Assembly (NCBI GenBank): GCA_951406725.2
Contig: OX597824.1
Coordinates: 72,664,001-72,728,000 of the forward strand
DNA: 64,000 bases
Reading direction: 5' to 3'
DNA from: Octopus vulgaris
Taxonomy: Eukaryota
Made by a program: the position numbers and the translations under genes. Under the pieces are notes generated by a model. That model was not told where the DNA came from. It made no database searches and saw nothing but the letters and a program-made list of their open reading frames with translations. Positions within the stretch are counted from its first letter, which is position 1; every line of letters begins with the position of its first letter. This document shows positions 50,140-64,000 of this stretch, piece by piece.

Positions 50140-50745
50140 CCTTTCGTGGGCTGGTGAGGTCCCTTTGGACTCTAGCAAATTTTAAAAGTTAAGTAACTTT
50201 TACATTTTTTATTTAAATGATTTTCTATCTCATGACTTTTATTGTCAATAGTTTATATAATCACATACAAATTTTGTGTTAAAAATTTCCAGTCATATGG
50301 TTGTTATAGCATAGAATATATGGTCATTGGGGTCCAACTGGACACCATTGGCTTTTTGTGAAATTACTTTTTGTTCTTTTTGCAGATATTCTGATGAACT
50401 TATAAGTCAATTTTCATTGTATTTGTACTAGTATGAATCAATATGCTAAATAATTTTGTTTTATTTTACATTTAGTGCTATATGTATAGTTTATAAAACT
50501 ATAAAAAAAAAAATGATTTCTTTCAGTCAATAAATTATATTTTAATTCCCTTCCATTAAACGCTAATAGTTACAAATATAAACCTATAAAGTACTAAATT
50601 TCTTCTGTATCACGCACTCACACATATATACAAGATTAAACAAGTACTACTTTATGGATGGTTCAGAAATGCTCAAAAATAAAAGGGGTCCCTCAGGACC
50701 CTAATGGCCTTTTGTGTAATTCCAACCCTGTCGACCCATAAAGGG
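50140..50745. mobile_element. piggyBac-type non-autonomous element
   Basis: TTAA|CCTTTCGTGGG ... CCCATAAAGGG|TTAA, with internal GGGGTC...GACCC-type palindromes (about 50328-50347 and 50685-50701). Confidence 0.7.
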
Positions 50746-53700
50746 TTAATTATAACTGAATTTTATAAGGAACAAAAAGCAAAAAAGTTTTGTGGAGAAT
50801 GAATGAGAGGTGTCAAACAAGCCACTATTTGGTTCTTTTATCTTTTACTTGTTTCAAGCAAGTAGGTTGCAGCCGTGCTCAGGCACCACCTTGAAGTGTC
50901 CAATCACACAAATCAATCACTCACTCCCAGTACTTATTCTCTTTTCTAAGTCTGGTCCATATTCAATCAGTATCTTTTGCCTAGCATAAACACACCTGCT
51001 GTCAACTAGTGGGGAGGAAAACAAACACAATGATGTAACCCTAGATGTAGTCCTTTTTTTTTTCTTTCATTTTTATGTCTATTATTCCATGCTAGCATAG
51101 ATTAGACAAATATATCATTAAGGCATTGTATTACATAAAGACACCCTTCTTTATCACAAACTCTCACCTGTTTTTCAAGTAAAGATTGGGTCTATTTCAC
51201 ACAAAGTCACAAAGCCAGTAGATAATCTACTGACAGAGGAAAGGATAGCAATGTCACTGCTTGTAATTGAACAATTTTTTCCAAGAAGCACAGATGTAAA
51301 CACACACACAATGGGCTTCTTTCAGTTTCCATCAAACAAATCCTCTCACAAGGCTTTGGTTGGTCCAGAGCTAAAGCAGAAAAATGTCACAGTGGGATTG
51401 AACCCAAAACCGCATGGTTGGGAAGTAAACTTAGACAGCCTCACCCACACTTACTGTTTGAATGGGGAGGGGGCAAAAAAAAAAATAAACAGAACAGTCA
51501 TGGATGTAATGCCTTTAATTCATAAGTCTGAGATCAATGGCAAGTTCAATAAATAAAACTCAAGCACTACTTTATATTGAAATATTCCACTTCTAAAGTA
51601 AGAAGAAACCTTAATAATAGAGTATTTAAATCTACTGGAATCTTTAATTAATAAGTTCAATGACCAAGTTACATAGGTTAAAAACCACCTAAGTAAAAGC
51701 AAACGACAAGTACACAATGGTAAGAATGCTAATCACGAGATGAGTTAGTCTCTTCTTAAATGTGGCCTGACTATATGTTGCTCAGAGGCAATATACAAGC
51801 AGGCCACTTGATTTTCTATTGAAATTTTGTCTTTGTTGTCAATTAGCCCTGGTCAATCAAGCAGTCCTGCAGCCAAAAGCACTCCAGCTGAGACCAGTCT
51901 TTTTCTTTTTTGTTTCCCAAACACTTTTGCCCAATGTCTCCTTGCATTTTTTAAAAAAAAGGGTAAGGTGTAATGCAAAAATTAAAGGTGTGTATCTACA
52001 CATGTTCATGGTAATGTAATCCTTATAGAACCAGTCTATTTAGTTGTAAACATGTATTAGGTAGAAATAACTTTACAGCTGTAAACAGCAGAATCACTGA
52101 AGAGCAAGAGGTAAGCACTTGGCAAGCATGGTTGTTTAGTAAGAAATTCACTTCACTACCACAAGCATTTGGGTTCCATCCTACTGTATGGCACCTTCTA
52201 CTATAACCTGTTCATTTCACCAATTGTCTTGTGATAGAAACAGTGTGAAAGGGGTGTGTGTGTACATACATATCATCATCGTTTAATGTCTGCCTTCCAT
52301 GGCATGGGTTGGACAGTTTGACAGGAGCCAGACAGGTTGAAGACTACACCAGGTTTCTGTGCCTGTTTTGGCATGGTTTTTATAGTTGGATGCCCTTCCT
52401 AACATCAACCATCCTGCACAGAGGGCTGGGTACTTTTTACGTGGCACTAGCACACATCAGTTTTGGTATAGTTTTTTACAGCTGGATGCCTTTCCAAATG
52501 CCAACCACTACACACTGTATATGTGTAACTGTTAGTATGTGCACACCAGCTCTAGAACATGTACACTGTATCCTGCGGGTTGTTAAGCAGTAAGTAAAAG
52601 GGGTTGGCAACAAGGGCATCATGCTGTTAGACACTGCCTCTGAAAACCTACCCAACTCATTTCAGCATAAAAAAAGGATGCAAAATACCGGACAATAATG
52701 ATGACATTAGTATATATCAGGAAGAAAACTACCAATCAACTGATGAGTCAAACAGAAAAATATAACGGTTATTCCATTTTAGTCATCACTTATTATTGGA
52801 AGTGCAATGAACCAGTGATAGGCCCAATTCACAACCTACACTTTAAAGTAGACAAAATAAAGATGCATTGGACAGTATGTCTAAAAATCTGTCTAAAAGC
52901 AGATGGTATGGTCATGACTAGAATGCTTTTAATCATAAATCCATTCAATCAGGATTGACTCATGGATACTTCTTAACCCTTTGCCCATCCAAAGCATTTT
53001 CATAAGTTTTCCTTTCATAAGTCCCAAATTATTCTGGAGGTTGACAAAAAAAAAAATGGGAATGTGTATCACTAAAGTATCAGAGAAGATGCCTTGTACT
53101 GTTTATTAGTCCACAACTTGGTTTCAATTCCCAATCAAAGAAGTGGATTTGTTCATTTACAAGTGCTTGGGGAAGGCATAAGCACCACAAATTCCATTGC
53201 ATACTTATAACAAAATAAGGGTAAGGGCTTAGTTGTGCGATTGAACCAGTGCTTGGTAACTTGGGTAAATAAGTATCTTGTCCTATAGCACAAGACTGAT
53301 TAGCACTGTGATTGAAATTTAGTAGACAGTAACTGAAAAATAAAACATTGTATGTATACATGTGTGTGCACATGTGTAATTGTTTACATTGGTGCTTTAA
53401 CAATTGCTGAGCTACAAGCAGTAATGTATTGTCACTTTTCTGTTAATCATATATTAGATCTGCACTTTTGAAGACATACAGAATAAGAGAGCCCCTTCTT
53501 GAAAAAGAGGTAAGAGTTAGCGACAGGAAGAGCATCTGGCTGTAAAAAGGTGCCTCAATAATGTATTTGACTAATTGGCTAACCTATGCTAGCATGGAAA
53601 AATAACACAAAACAACAACTGGCACTTGTTACCTTTACATGTCCCATGGAATGCCAACAAATTTTGTATTTTATGGTTAACTTCTTCCTTGCTCCTCCCC

Positions 53701-55476
53701 ATATTCATCACTAGAAAAACAAAAACCAGAAGTTATCAAAACTTCACAGAAGTTAAAACTACCAACTGCCAAAATCAATAATTCAGAGGGGGGAGGGATA
53801 CAAAATTAATAAGCAGTAATCTTATTATTCCAAAGATAACCCTTCCACCGAATCCTGGGTGGTAGAAGAGTACCCACATCCCACCCTGTAAAAAAAATAA
53901 TAAACCCTCACAAAATTGAAAGAGAAGAAGCAAAAAAAAGGAGCGGAGACATGCATACACAAAAACAAGCAGTCATCATAGACTCATTGCTTGAAGTCAA
54001 TCATAGGATGAGAGAAGGGGCTAGGTAGGAATTACTAAGGACACAAGTAACAGACTCTCTTTCTCTCTACTGTTCACCCCCAAGGGCAAAAGAAAAGTAG
54101 GTCATGTTGAAATGTTCCAAATTTGAACTACTTCTGACCCCAGCTTCTATACTGAACAGTAAAATGTGACTGAATGTAATCTAAGACAGAGTTTCATTTG
54201 TGTGTGTGTGTGTGGAGAGAGGATAGCCATCATGTGCAGATAGGTATCACGTATTGCATGTGTGAGTGTAACTTACCACTTGAGTGAGTGCTTGCAGTTG
54301 AAGGGCAGGGAAGAGAGTGATCAGTTTCCAATGTTATGCCTGCCTAGTATGTAATGTAAGTAACAGGTTACATGTTAATATGCTGGGAGTAGGAGACGTT
54401 TGTGTAACTTCGCAAGTGTTAGTATGTACATGTGGATTAAATGTGTGTGTGTGTGTGGATGCATAATGTAGGACCATGCTGAATGTGCTTGTCATTGGTT
54501 GACATTAGGTCAACATTCATTGAGCAGACTATGACCAAAAGCATTCCATGTCAAAGAGAACAATCTTAAGAAATTTACTGGGTGGGGAAAGTGCATGTCT
54601 GTGCATTTAGTTTCTGAACATATATTGATATGTATCATGTAAATATCATGAACATATGTAACTGTGGCTATGTGGTGGGAAGCTTGCTTCTCAACCGCAT
54701 GGTTTCTTTCGGGTTCAGTCCCACTGAATGGTATCTTTCTACTATAGCTAGCCTCAAGCTGACCAAAGCTTGCAAGTGGATTGTGGATTTGATAGAAAGA
54801 AACTGAAAGAAGCCTTGTCATGCATGCTTACTGTACTTGAAGTGGTGGCGGAACCACTAAGTAACGTCCAAGAATATTCACTAAGGAGGTCATAATAAAC
54901 CAAAACATAACTGTATTTGCATGGATAATTCAAACAATATTAGTCATTGACTGATCTTTTCATCTCATAATGCCTTCTTTTCAGCATTAAATACTTGAAA
55001 TCCCATCCTTCCACTTAATTCAAACAATTTATCTACAAAGCATTTTCCTGATCCCAAGGGCCTATTTTTGTGATCACAATCATCAAATTAATGGCTTCCT
55101 GTTCTCAATTTTAACATTATTAAATTATTATATAGATGTCAGCAATTGAGAATTATTTTAAGCATTTAGCATTCTAACTAGCAGCCATATCAAGCCCAAA
55201 TATTCCATATGTTCAAACCATTGAGATCCAGCTTCTCACACCAAAATTACTATGTCATTTTAAAAATAAAAAATCACAGTATTGAAGCTAAAAGATAATA
55301 TCTTGAAGCTAAAAGATAATACACAATTTACTAAAAACAATGCTTATAAATAAGCATATTTCAGAGTAATCTGAATGCTAAAGGGTTAAAGAAAATAAAA
55401 CCATTCCCATGAGATTATTTCTCACAGACCACCCCACACATACAGGTAAGAAGCCTGCAAATCATTAAGACCCATA

Positions 55477-55680
55477 AGGCGGCGAGCTGACAGAACTGTT
55501 AGCATGCCGGGTGAAAAGCTTAGCAGTTTGCCGCTACGTTCTGAATTCAAATTCTGCGGAGGTCGACTTAGCTTTTCATCCTTTCAGGGTCAATTAAATA
55601 AATACCAGTTACACACTGGAGTCGATATAATCAACAATCCGTTTGACTGTCCTTGCTTGTCCCCTCTGTGTGTAGCTCCA
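55477..55680 (+). mobile_element. SINE family B copy
   Basis: Similar to the monomer of 8141-8556. An inverse copy lies at about 62850-63058. Confidence 0.75.
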
Positions 55681-58650
55681 TAAAAAAAAAGAAGAAAAAA
55701 AAACATTAAGACCCAGACAAATTTTTTGTGCTCTAATTAACAGAACTATAATCCCTAATCCCAAATCTTAACATCATTTCAGTATGTCAGGAAGATTCAA
55801 GAATTGCATCTTTCAGAATTTGAAGTAAATATAGTCATTCCCATTAAATTTATCTTGTCTCCCACTACATATAACAGGTTAGCAAACACTGCTTTAAACA
55901 AACAAGAGGAGCCAAATTTCCCTCTAATCACCCCCTGCCAACTTAGAAAACATTTATGTAGTTTCTCATACAAACAGACAAGGCAATCAGGTCATGGTTG
56001 GAATGCTTCTGATCATATGCCTGCTCAATCGGGACTGACCTGTAGCTAACAAAAACAACACTGCTTTAACTCTTGATACCAACTTGTCTGAAACTACCGC
56101 TAGTTCTATCATAGAAATTTTCTGTTTCAAAGTGACTTAAATAAAAACCTTCCATCAAAATTTCACATTAATTCATATTCCAAGCATCATCATCGTCGTT
56201 TAACATCCACTTTCCATGCTAGCATGGGTTAGACGATTTGACTGAGGGCTGACAAATCAGATGGCTGCACCAGGTTTGAATCTTGATCTGGCAGAATTTC
56301 TACAGCTGGATGCCCTTCCTAACACCAGCCACTCCAAGAGTGTAGTGGGTGCTTTTACATGCCACCGGCACGGGTGCCAGTCAGGCAGTACTGGCAACGA
56401 CCTCACTCGAATGTTTTTACATGTGCCAGTAAGACGACGCTGGTAACGATCATGCTCGAATGGTGCCGTTTACGTGCCACTGGCACAGAAGCCAACCTAA
56501 TATTTAATCAAAGCATCAACTTAATAATGGAGTTACTTTACTATATACATCATTAATTTCAAAATAACTGAAACAAAAGCAGTGTATTTCAACAGAAACT
56601 TGGTAACTGCCTTTGTAGGTTACACTATTCAACAACATTACACCACACACACACACACACACATTTTCCTAGTAGTCATTTGGTGAATAAAGATTTTTAA
56701 CATAGACAGACAATGCCTTGCATTTTATTAAGTTTATTGAATTAATGCTGTATATCAGCTGACGACAAAACATCTAAGTAGTTGAAGAGCTACTAAAAAC
56801 AGCAACCAAATTCCCTTAAAACACACTGCCAACTTAAAAAAGAGCAGGACACAGTGTACTTCCAGATCTCCACAGTTGCAATGTCTTTATATGGCCTACA
56901 TAATCAGGGTTGACCTGGACTAAACAATAACAACTGGTGTTTATTTTATCAATCATGAAAAGACCATAGACTGGCAAAGTTGGTCTCATAAGTATTAATA
57001 AATAAATGTATATTGCTTGTTGTAATTCTTCATCTATCAACAATGAGAATGAATATATGGCTAGGTAAATAGGGTCACATAGTGTTTCTCGTGGGAAGGA
57101 ACTGAAAAGGGAGTGGACAAATAATCATATTTCATCAAATTAAAATGGTTTCCTCTTTTAAACTTGACAAACACACTAGAGAAGAAAGAAGAATTATATA
57201 GCTGCAAAATCTATCTTATGAGGAAGGACGAGAAAAAATTTTTTAAATACTTGTTGAGTAGGGTTGGTATTTGTCAGTCTGAATACTACTGGAATAAGCA
57301 GATAACTAACAACAAGGTCACCAAAACTGTACTGTGTCCTTGTTCAAAACCACTCGAATTTCTAAAGGAGCCCAGTTTACCTAATTGAAAACAGGTCCTG
57401 CAGGTAAGAGCCACAACAGTTGAAGTATTGTAAAACTCAACACAGTAGGAGTAAAACTAAGTTTAACCTTTATTATTGGTCTAAAAGAAACCATTTCAGT
57501 AAAGAGCCTCGGACCGGTTATAAAACTCCATAGCAACAGTGTTATGGCTTTACATCTTCCTATAAACTACATTTTATTCTCGTAATTCTTCTCCTTTCTA
57601 TCAGGGGTTTAATCCCTTCTAGAAAACTCTACCATCGCATAGGGAGTGGTAAGTTGACAGACTGAAGCAAGCCTGCTTAATTTCACTATCACAAAACCCA
57701 TCCAAACAGCCATTGCAAAAGGAGTGACAGTTCACTGTATTCTGTAGACCAATCCTTGACATTACAAGAGGAAAAGCAATTTACTGCAATTTAAATCCTT
57801 CCATTCCTTAACATTAAAACAATGATCATAATAAGAAAAGGAAAATATTATTCAAAGGTTTGAAAGCAATTACAAATAATCAGATCACAACCAATGTTCA
57901 CTGTTCATGTGGTATTTTAGATTTTTTTATATACTCTTTCTAACTAGTATTTATGTTTTAAAAAGTATGTGTACACAAGCATGCATTTGTGTGTTTGCTT
58001 CTCACCACTTGACAACTGTCACTGGTTTTACGTCTTCCCTAGCTTAGCAGTTCAGCAAAAAGAGAATGCTAAAGAAATACCAGACTTTACTGGGGTTGAT
58101 TACGGTCAAGAGGCAGTACATAATGACTGAACCAAAAGAGTGTGTACAGAAAGAAAGACACACACACACACACAGATATATGCAAATAGCAGTTATTGTG
58201 TATGCATATGCATTAGTTTATCTCTACAGAGAGTGGTAGAAAAATAATTATTCATCAAGGCCAGCCAATTCTCAGCACAAATGTACTGTACTTAGTACCA
58301 GCTGCTATGAGCCTTTATCTCCAAAAAACTTGTAGTGTCCCTCTCTGCAAATGGATGGTTTTGCTTCAAAAGCAGCACTGAGCATACAGTAACACACATT
58401 TTATAGCAGGAACAAGTGAAAGAGATTCAAAATTTCACAGCCAACTTACTTAAATTTCATCCCAAGTAAATGCAATGATAAAATGATTACCCTGGGCTGG
58501 CAGGAAACTTAAGCAATGCAATCATGAAACCTTAAATCTTGACACAATATATATACAAATATTGTGTATAATATACATATGTTTACTGTGTATGTGTGCT
58601 CAAATGCAAAATAGAAACAGCACTAATGTAATAAACATTATCCACCACAT

Positions 58651-58841
58651 ATGCTCAATGTATTTGCTGGTAGGCTGCAATTTGGCTTGGTGAAGAAAAC
58701 TCTCTCAAAGCACTGCGTCATGGACAGGTGAAAGAATCCACTACCTTGCCTCTCCATGACTTTCAGGTGTTTCAACACGTGGCACTTTGAGAGAGTATTT
58801 TCCATGTCAAATCACAGCCCACCAAAAAATACATGTAGCAT
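58651..58841. other. Long imperfect inverted repeat / fold-back
   Basis: Arms 58651-58710 and 58785-58841 include a perfect ACTCTCTCAAAG/CTTTGAGAGAGT. Inner stem GTCATGGA/TCCATGAC. Confidence 0.75.
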
Positions 58842-60732
58842 GGTTACATGTTTGCTTAACACACCAAATAATACAAATATTATTCCCTACAGCAATAGCA
58901 TCATTATTACACATGCACAACAAACCACATATGTAAGCTAAGGTCATTGCTTGACTTGTCAGAAATAACAGCCAACTTCCTCAAATTACAACCTAATCTA
59001 AAACAAAATGTAAGGCATATTGGATAAGGTAATCAACAAAAAAGGGACAAGATGGTCATGACTCAACAAATGAATCACACAGCCTCATCACTCATGAAAG
59101 CAAAGAAAAACAAATCAGAAGTATTGTACATAGGTGCAGGTAAAGCTGTGTGGTAAGCTCACTTTGCAACCACTGAACAAGTGTCTTCTAGAGTTCAGGG
59201 AGGGTTGACAAATGACTTATGAGTGAATCTAGTAGACAAAAGCTCATTGTGTGTATGTGGATGGGATGCATGTATGTGCATCATCATCATCATTGTTTAG
59301 TGTCCGCTTTCCATGCTAGCATGGGTTGGACAGTTCAACTGGGGTCGGGGAATCCAGAAGGTTGCACCAGGCCCAGTCTGATCTGGCAATGTTTCTACGG
59401 CTGGATGCCCTTCCTAACGCCAACCACTAAGAGAACAAAGTGTACTTACGCCGCTATATATATATATATTGGTACCATGTAAAAAGCATGCAGTCCACAC
59501 TAAAATGGTTGGCATTTGGTAAGGCATCCAGCTGTAAAAACCATGTCAAATCTGACCTCACTTGTGCCACATAAAAAGCACTCAGTCCACTCTACTGAGT
59601 AATTGGCATTAGGAAGGGTATCTAGCAGTAAAAATCATGCCAATACAGACACAGAACTCTGGTGCGGTCTTCTTCCTGGCTAGTTCCTGTCAAACTGTCC
59701 AACCCATGCCACCATGGAAAGCAGACGTTAAATGTTGATGATGATGATGATGATATATACACACACAAATATGTTTGTATATATGTATCTTTGTGCTAGC
59801 CCCTCCTTCTTTCTGCTTGACAAGTGTTGATTTGCTTAGATAACCATGACTTAGCAGTTCAGCAAAAGAAACCAATAGAATTAGTACCAGACTTTAAAAA
59901 AAACAAAACAAAAAAACACACTCAATGCACAGTGGCATGTTAGTACGTAAACTCTGTGACGTGTATATTGATATTTTTAAAGAAACGTGCATCGTTATTT
60001 TCATCCCCATCATGATTGAGTGACTAAAATATAAACACACATCATACACATGCACAGATGCAACAATTCAACACTTCTATAATATCTGCAACCACACGTA
60101 CACACCTACTGCCATAATGTAAGATGACACTACTAACATAAACTACAGCATTTTCTTTTAAATATTTAGTTCTTTACTCTTTCTGTCATTTGTTATATTA
60201 CTGCTGGTGTCTTAGAATACATAATAATTGGAACAACAAAAAAAAATTCAAAGAAAAATAAAAACTTAAAAATAACTTTGAAATCAAATAGTCTGTCATG
60301 AACATCAGAACCCTTAAGAAACCAATACCTTTCAATACATATGCAAAATTCTTCAGATTTCACTTGGCACTGCAAAGCAGTCTTTTTTGAACTTAAATCA
60401 ATTTAATACTAGGCAAACATAAAATGTCTATTTCAACAACTAGTAATGGAAGAAGGAAGTCTCTCTCTCTCTCTCTCTCTCTCTCTATTTTAATCCAACT
60501 CTCAGAAGTGTAGTACATGTGCTGGAAAATAGAGCATGTGAGTGTACAAACATATATAAACATATATATCCACACACAGTGTACAGATACATGTATACAT
60601 ACATACACACATTTATACACGTGTAAGTATACCTTCACTAAAAGTTGGTGCACTAGCATAGACTTAGTATGATAGCTACGACAAAAGAATTATAAGCTGT
60701 ATGTAAATTTAGTCCTAATTTGTATTTCAACA

Positions 60733-60864
<132 letters not shown>

Positions 60865-61967
60865 AACGATGTGTTTGTATAGTTGTAATTTTGACATCTT
60901 TGACAGCAAAAGTTACTATCCTTAGATTCTGCTTTCTCACTCAAAGACTATGCATGTGCATAGCCACCAAAAAGAAAAAGGAACACATCTACATGAAAGA
61001 AAGTCTCTCACACACATCCTCATTCATGAATCTTTCTTAAACCATGCTGGTACTACTACTACTACTACTACTACTGCTACTATCACTACTTCCACAACAA
61101 TCACTAGCACCATACAGAGTCTTAAATATCCCATCTGATGTAGGGGAGGAAAGGGAGCAGACAGAACCTTGAGATAGGGTTTCCTTCACAAAGGAAAAAT
61201 ATGAAGAAAGCTAAGAAGCTAGTTACATGGCTTGGAATGAGGAATGTATCAAACAAGGTGAGGGAGAGGTGGGCTATATAACCTAATACTGTGTCAAAGA
61301 AAACTAATATAAACAGATTCTGAGAGAATATATATATATATATATATATCCAATCAATACACACACACTATATATATATATACTCTGGGGGTTAGTCCTA
61401 CAGCACAGCCTACACACACACACATTTGTGTGCCCTTGTCTTGACATTATGTGATGGCTGTAAATGAGTATCATCATCATACAATGTTGTTTGTTTCCAA
61501 TGCACTATGGAAAGCATGTCTGACCATGGGAAACATTACCTTGCTTGGTTGGAAACAGGTGACAAGAAAGGCATTTCACTATAGAAAAGTTGCCTCAAAT
61601 TACGTTTGATACATAGGAAAAATGGACATTAAATGATGATGATAGACATATCATTACATAATTACTTGTGTGCATGTATATATATATATATATATATTTG
61701 TATGTATGTATGTATATAATATAGAACAATCAGTAAGTTGTCATAATACTCTCAGAGTTTCAAATACCAGAGCTGAGAGCTTCTAGGCATTTTTCACCAG
61801 TTATTTGAAACTGAGTATTATTATGACTAATGATTGTCCTATATTATATATAAATTCCTATATCTACATAATATTGAGATCTCGGAGATTTTGTTGTCAT
61901 TGTATGTATATGTGTGTGTGTGTGTGTGTATGCATGTATGCTGACTTATTAGTATTTAACAGAACTG

Positions 61968-62087
61968 AGTGACTCAAGGTCCAAGAATTTCATGTGGTGG
62001 CACTTATCAAACTAGTTACAGTTTGAAGGTCTGCATTTTAGAAAGCTACAAATGCCAACACACAAAACTCTTGGACCTTGAGTCACT
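61968..62087. other. 40-bp-arm inverted repeat (hairpin RNA or small MITE)
   Basis: AGTGACTCAAGGTCCAAGA is perfectly inverted (19 bp). The arms extend to 40 bp with 6 differences around a 40-nt loop. Confidence 0.85.
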
Positions 62088-62306
62088 GTTACTCCTGCGA
62101 AATAGATAAAAATATACCTATACTCATATTTTCAGTTCTATTTTCCTGTTTGCACCAACATATATATATGTATGTATGTGTGTGTGTCTGTATATTATAT
62201 ACATACCTATAAAATGGTATTAAATTGGTAGTGACAATAGAGTAGTTATTCAGGGTCATCACACTAAGTTCAATACAGCCAAGGTCAATTTTGCATTTCA
62301 TCCTCC

Positions 62307-62640
62307 TGGAGCACCGCCTTTAGTCGAGCAAATCGACCCCATGGCTTATTCTTTGTAAGCCTAGTACTTATTCTATCATTCTCTTTGCCGAACCGCTAAG
62401 TTACGGGTACGTAAACACGCCAGCATCGGTTGTCAAGCGTTGTTGCGGGGACAAACACAGACACACAAACATATATACGACGGGCTTCTTTCAGTTTCCA
62501 TCTACCAAATCCACTCACAAGGCTTTGGTCAACCTGAGGTTATAGTAGAAGACACTTGCCTAAGGTGCCATGCAGTGGGACTGAACCCGGAACCATGTGG
62601 TTGGTAAGCAAGCTACTTACTACACAGCCACTCCTGCGCC
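62307..62640 (-). mobile_element. SINE family A copy nested in a family-B remnant
   Basis: Reverse complement of 6818-7208. It abuts AAGGTCAATTTTGCATTTCATCC (family B body). Confidence 0.8.
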
Positions 62641-62671
<31 letters not shown>

Positions 62672-63630
62672 ATATCACCATTTTAATGTCTGGTTTTCCA
62701 TTCCTGCATGGGTCAGATATAGTCCACTGAAGCCAATTTTCAACAGCTAGATGCCCTGTTTGTTGCTAACCTTCACCTGTTTCCAAGTAAGGTAATATTT
62801 CCCCTTACCCAGATATGTTTTCACAAGAGATTATGGATATAGTAATTATTAAATTTCTTTACTACCCACAAGGGGCTAAACAAGGACAGACAAACAGATT
62901 AAGTCGATTACACCGACCCCAGTACTTAATTTATCGACCCCGAAAGGATGGAAGGCAAAGTCGACCTCGGCGGAATTTGAACCCAGAACGTAACGACAGA
63001 CGAAATACGGCTACGCATTTCGCCCGGCGTGCTAACGTTCCTGCCAGCTCACCGCCCTAATTATTATAGTAATTATTATTTAGTTAAACATTTAAAACTG
63101 ATTTTTTTCCACAACACCCAATCGGTCTTCATCCCACAAATTCCCATTATGTTGAATAGTAGAAATGACCAGCCCAACCAGCTTTACATATTTATTTATT
63201 TGATGAATAACTAAATAATAATGACTAAACTTTATTATCACGTACAAGCCATAATTTTGCTCTAAGTTCTCACAGCTGTTTGATGAAACTCTTAAGGCTT
63301 TCCACCTTCAATAAATATATACATATGTGTGTAATAAAATGTAAAAGGATACAAAAACATGTAGAAATAGTATAAATCACAATAAAATGAAGGGAAGAAA
63401 AAAATTTGCTTGGGAACAATATTAGATATTATGACCGGGTAATGAATTAGAATTGTAAGAATGTTTCAGATCAAATTTTCTTACATACTTTTACATTCTG
63501 GATTATGACTGTTTAGAGGAATTAATAATTTGAAGTTGAACACCAGAGATCATCATCATAAATTCTGGTCTAACTCTTACATTTGAAATCATTAGGTAGT
63601 GAAAAAGAAGAGAGGAACAGGAACTTCATG

Positions 63631-64000
63631 GGATCTTTTCGGTTTGAACGGCAGTTTTTAACATAATTTCTAGGTAGCTAAAAAATTTAAAACTTCGTAT
63701 ACTGGTAGAATGTGTTCATAAAACATCCTTTTTCTTGGCTTTATTGAGAAAATTCTATATTTTGTAAGATATTTGCTGGTTTTTTTCTTTAATTTCTGCA
63801 ATTTCAGATAATCACTGATGTCTATTGAGGTAAAACACATTCTGTGCCGTATGAATATGTCCCTCGTTTATGAAACAGATTGGGTTTATTTACATTTGTG
63901 AAGAAAAAAAGATACCCTTCGCCCCACCCCTAACCCTAAAACAGATTGAAATGCAATAGATCGCTACTAGGGTCATAATTATGGATGACAATTTCATATG
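63631..64000. mobile_element. Second copy of the GGATC-TIR MITE, cut by the window end
   Basis: Co-linear and highly similar to 4577-4985. Starts GGATCTTTTCGGTTTGAACGGCAG. Confidence 0.9.

Noticed and set aside
57060-57600. Several long-range inverted matches
   Set aside because: The pairings are mutually non-nested and A/T- or GA-rich, as expected by chance.

Overview
AT-rich, microsatellite- and SINE-dense eukaryotic DNA. The repeat families resemble those I associate with octopus (coleoid cephalopod) genomes; this is recognition from memory, not a database match. No long host ORF, rRNA, genuine tRNA or CRISPR array is present. Nearly all ORFs in the supplied track are artefacts of microsatellites, SINEs or a minisatellite. 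The only recognisable protein remnants come from transposons: a maT/DD37D transposase, a piggyBac transposase, a CR1 3' end, an RTE C-terminus and an R4/RLE C-terminus. The window reads like the intron-rich 5' part of a large minus-strand gene or lncRNA, with five candidate minus-strand exons (45243-45440, 39232-39548, 31201-31571, 29720-29773, and one ending at 21270). Two of them end in a strong-Kozak ATG plus a phase-1 donor. The most unusual observations are long imperfect hairpins whose arm differences give G·U pairs mostly on the minus strand (58651-58841, 61968-62087), a perfect 14-bp hairpin burying a candidate splice acceptor, a micro-inversion inside a MITE, SINE tail swapping, and a 16-unit minisatellite with a constant core and variable spacers. 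I cannot demonstrate a new biological system from the sequence alone.
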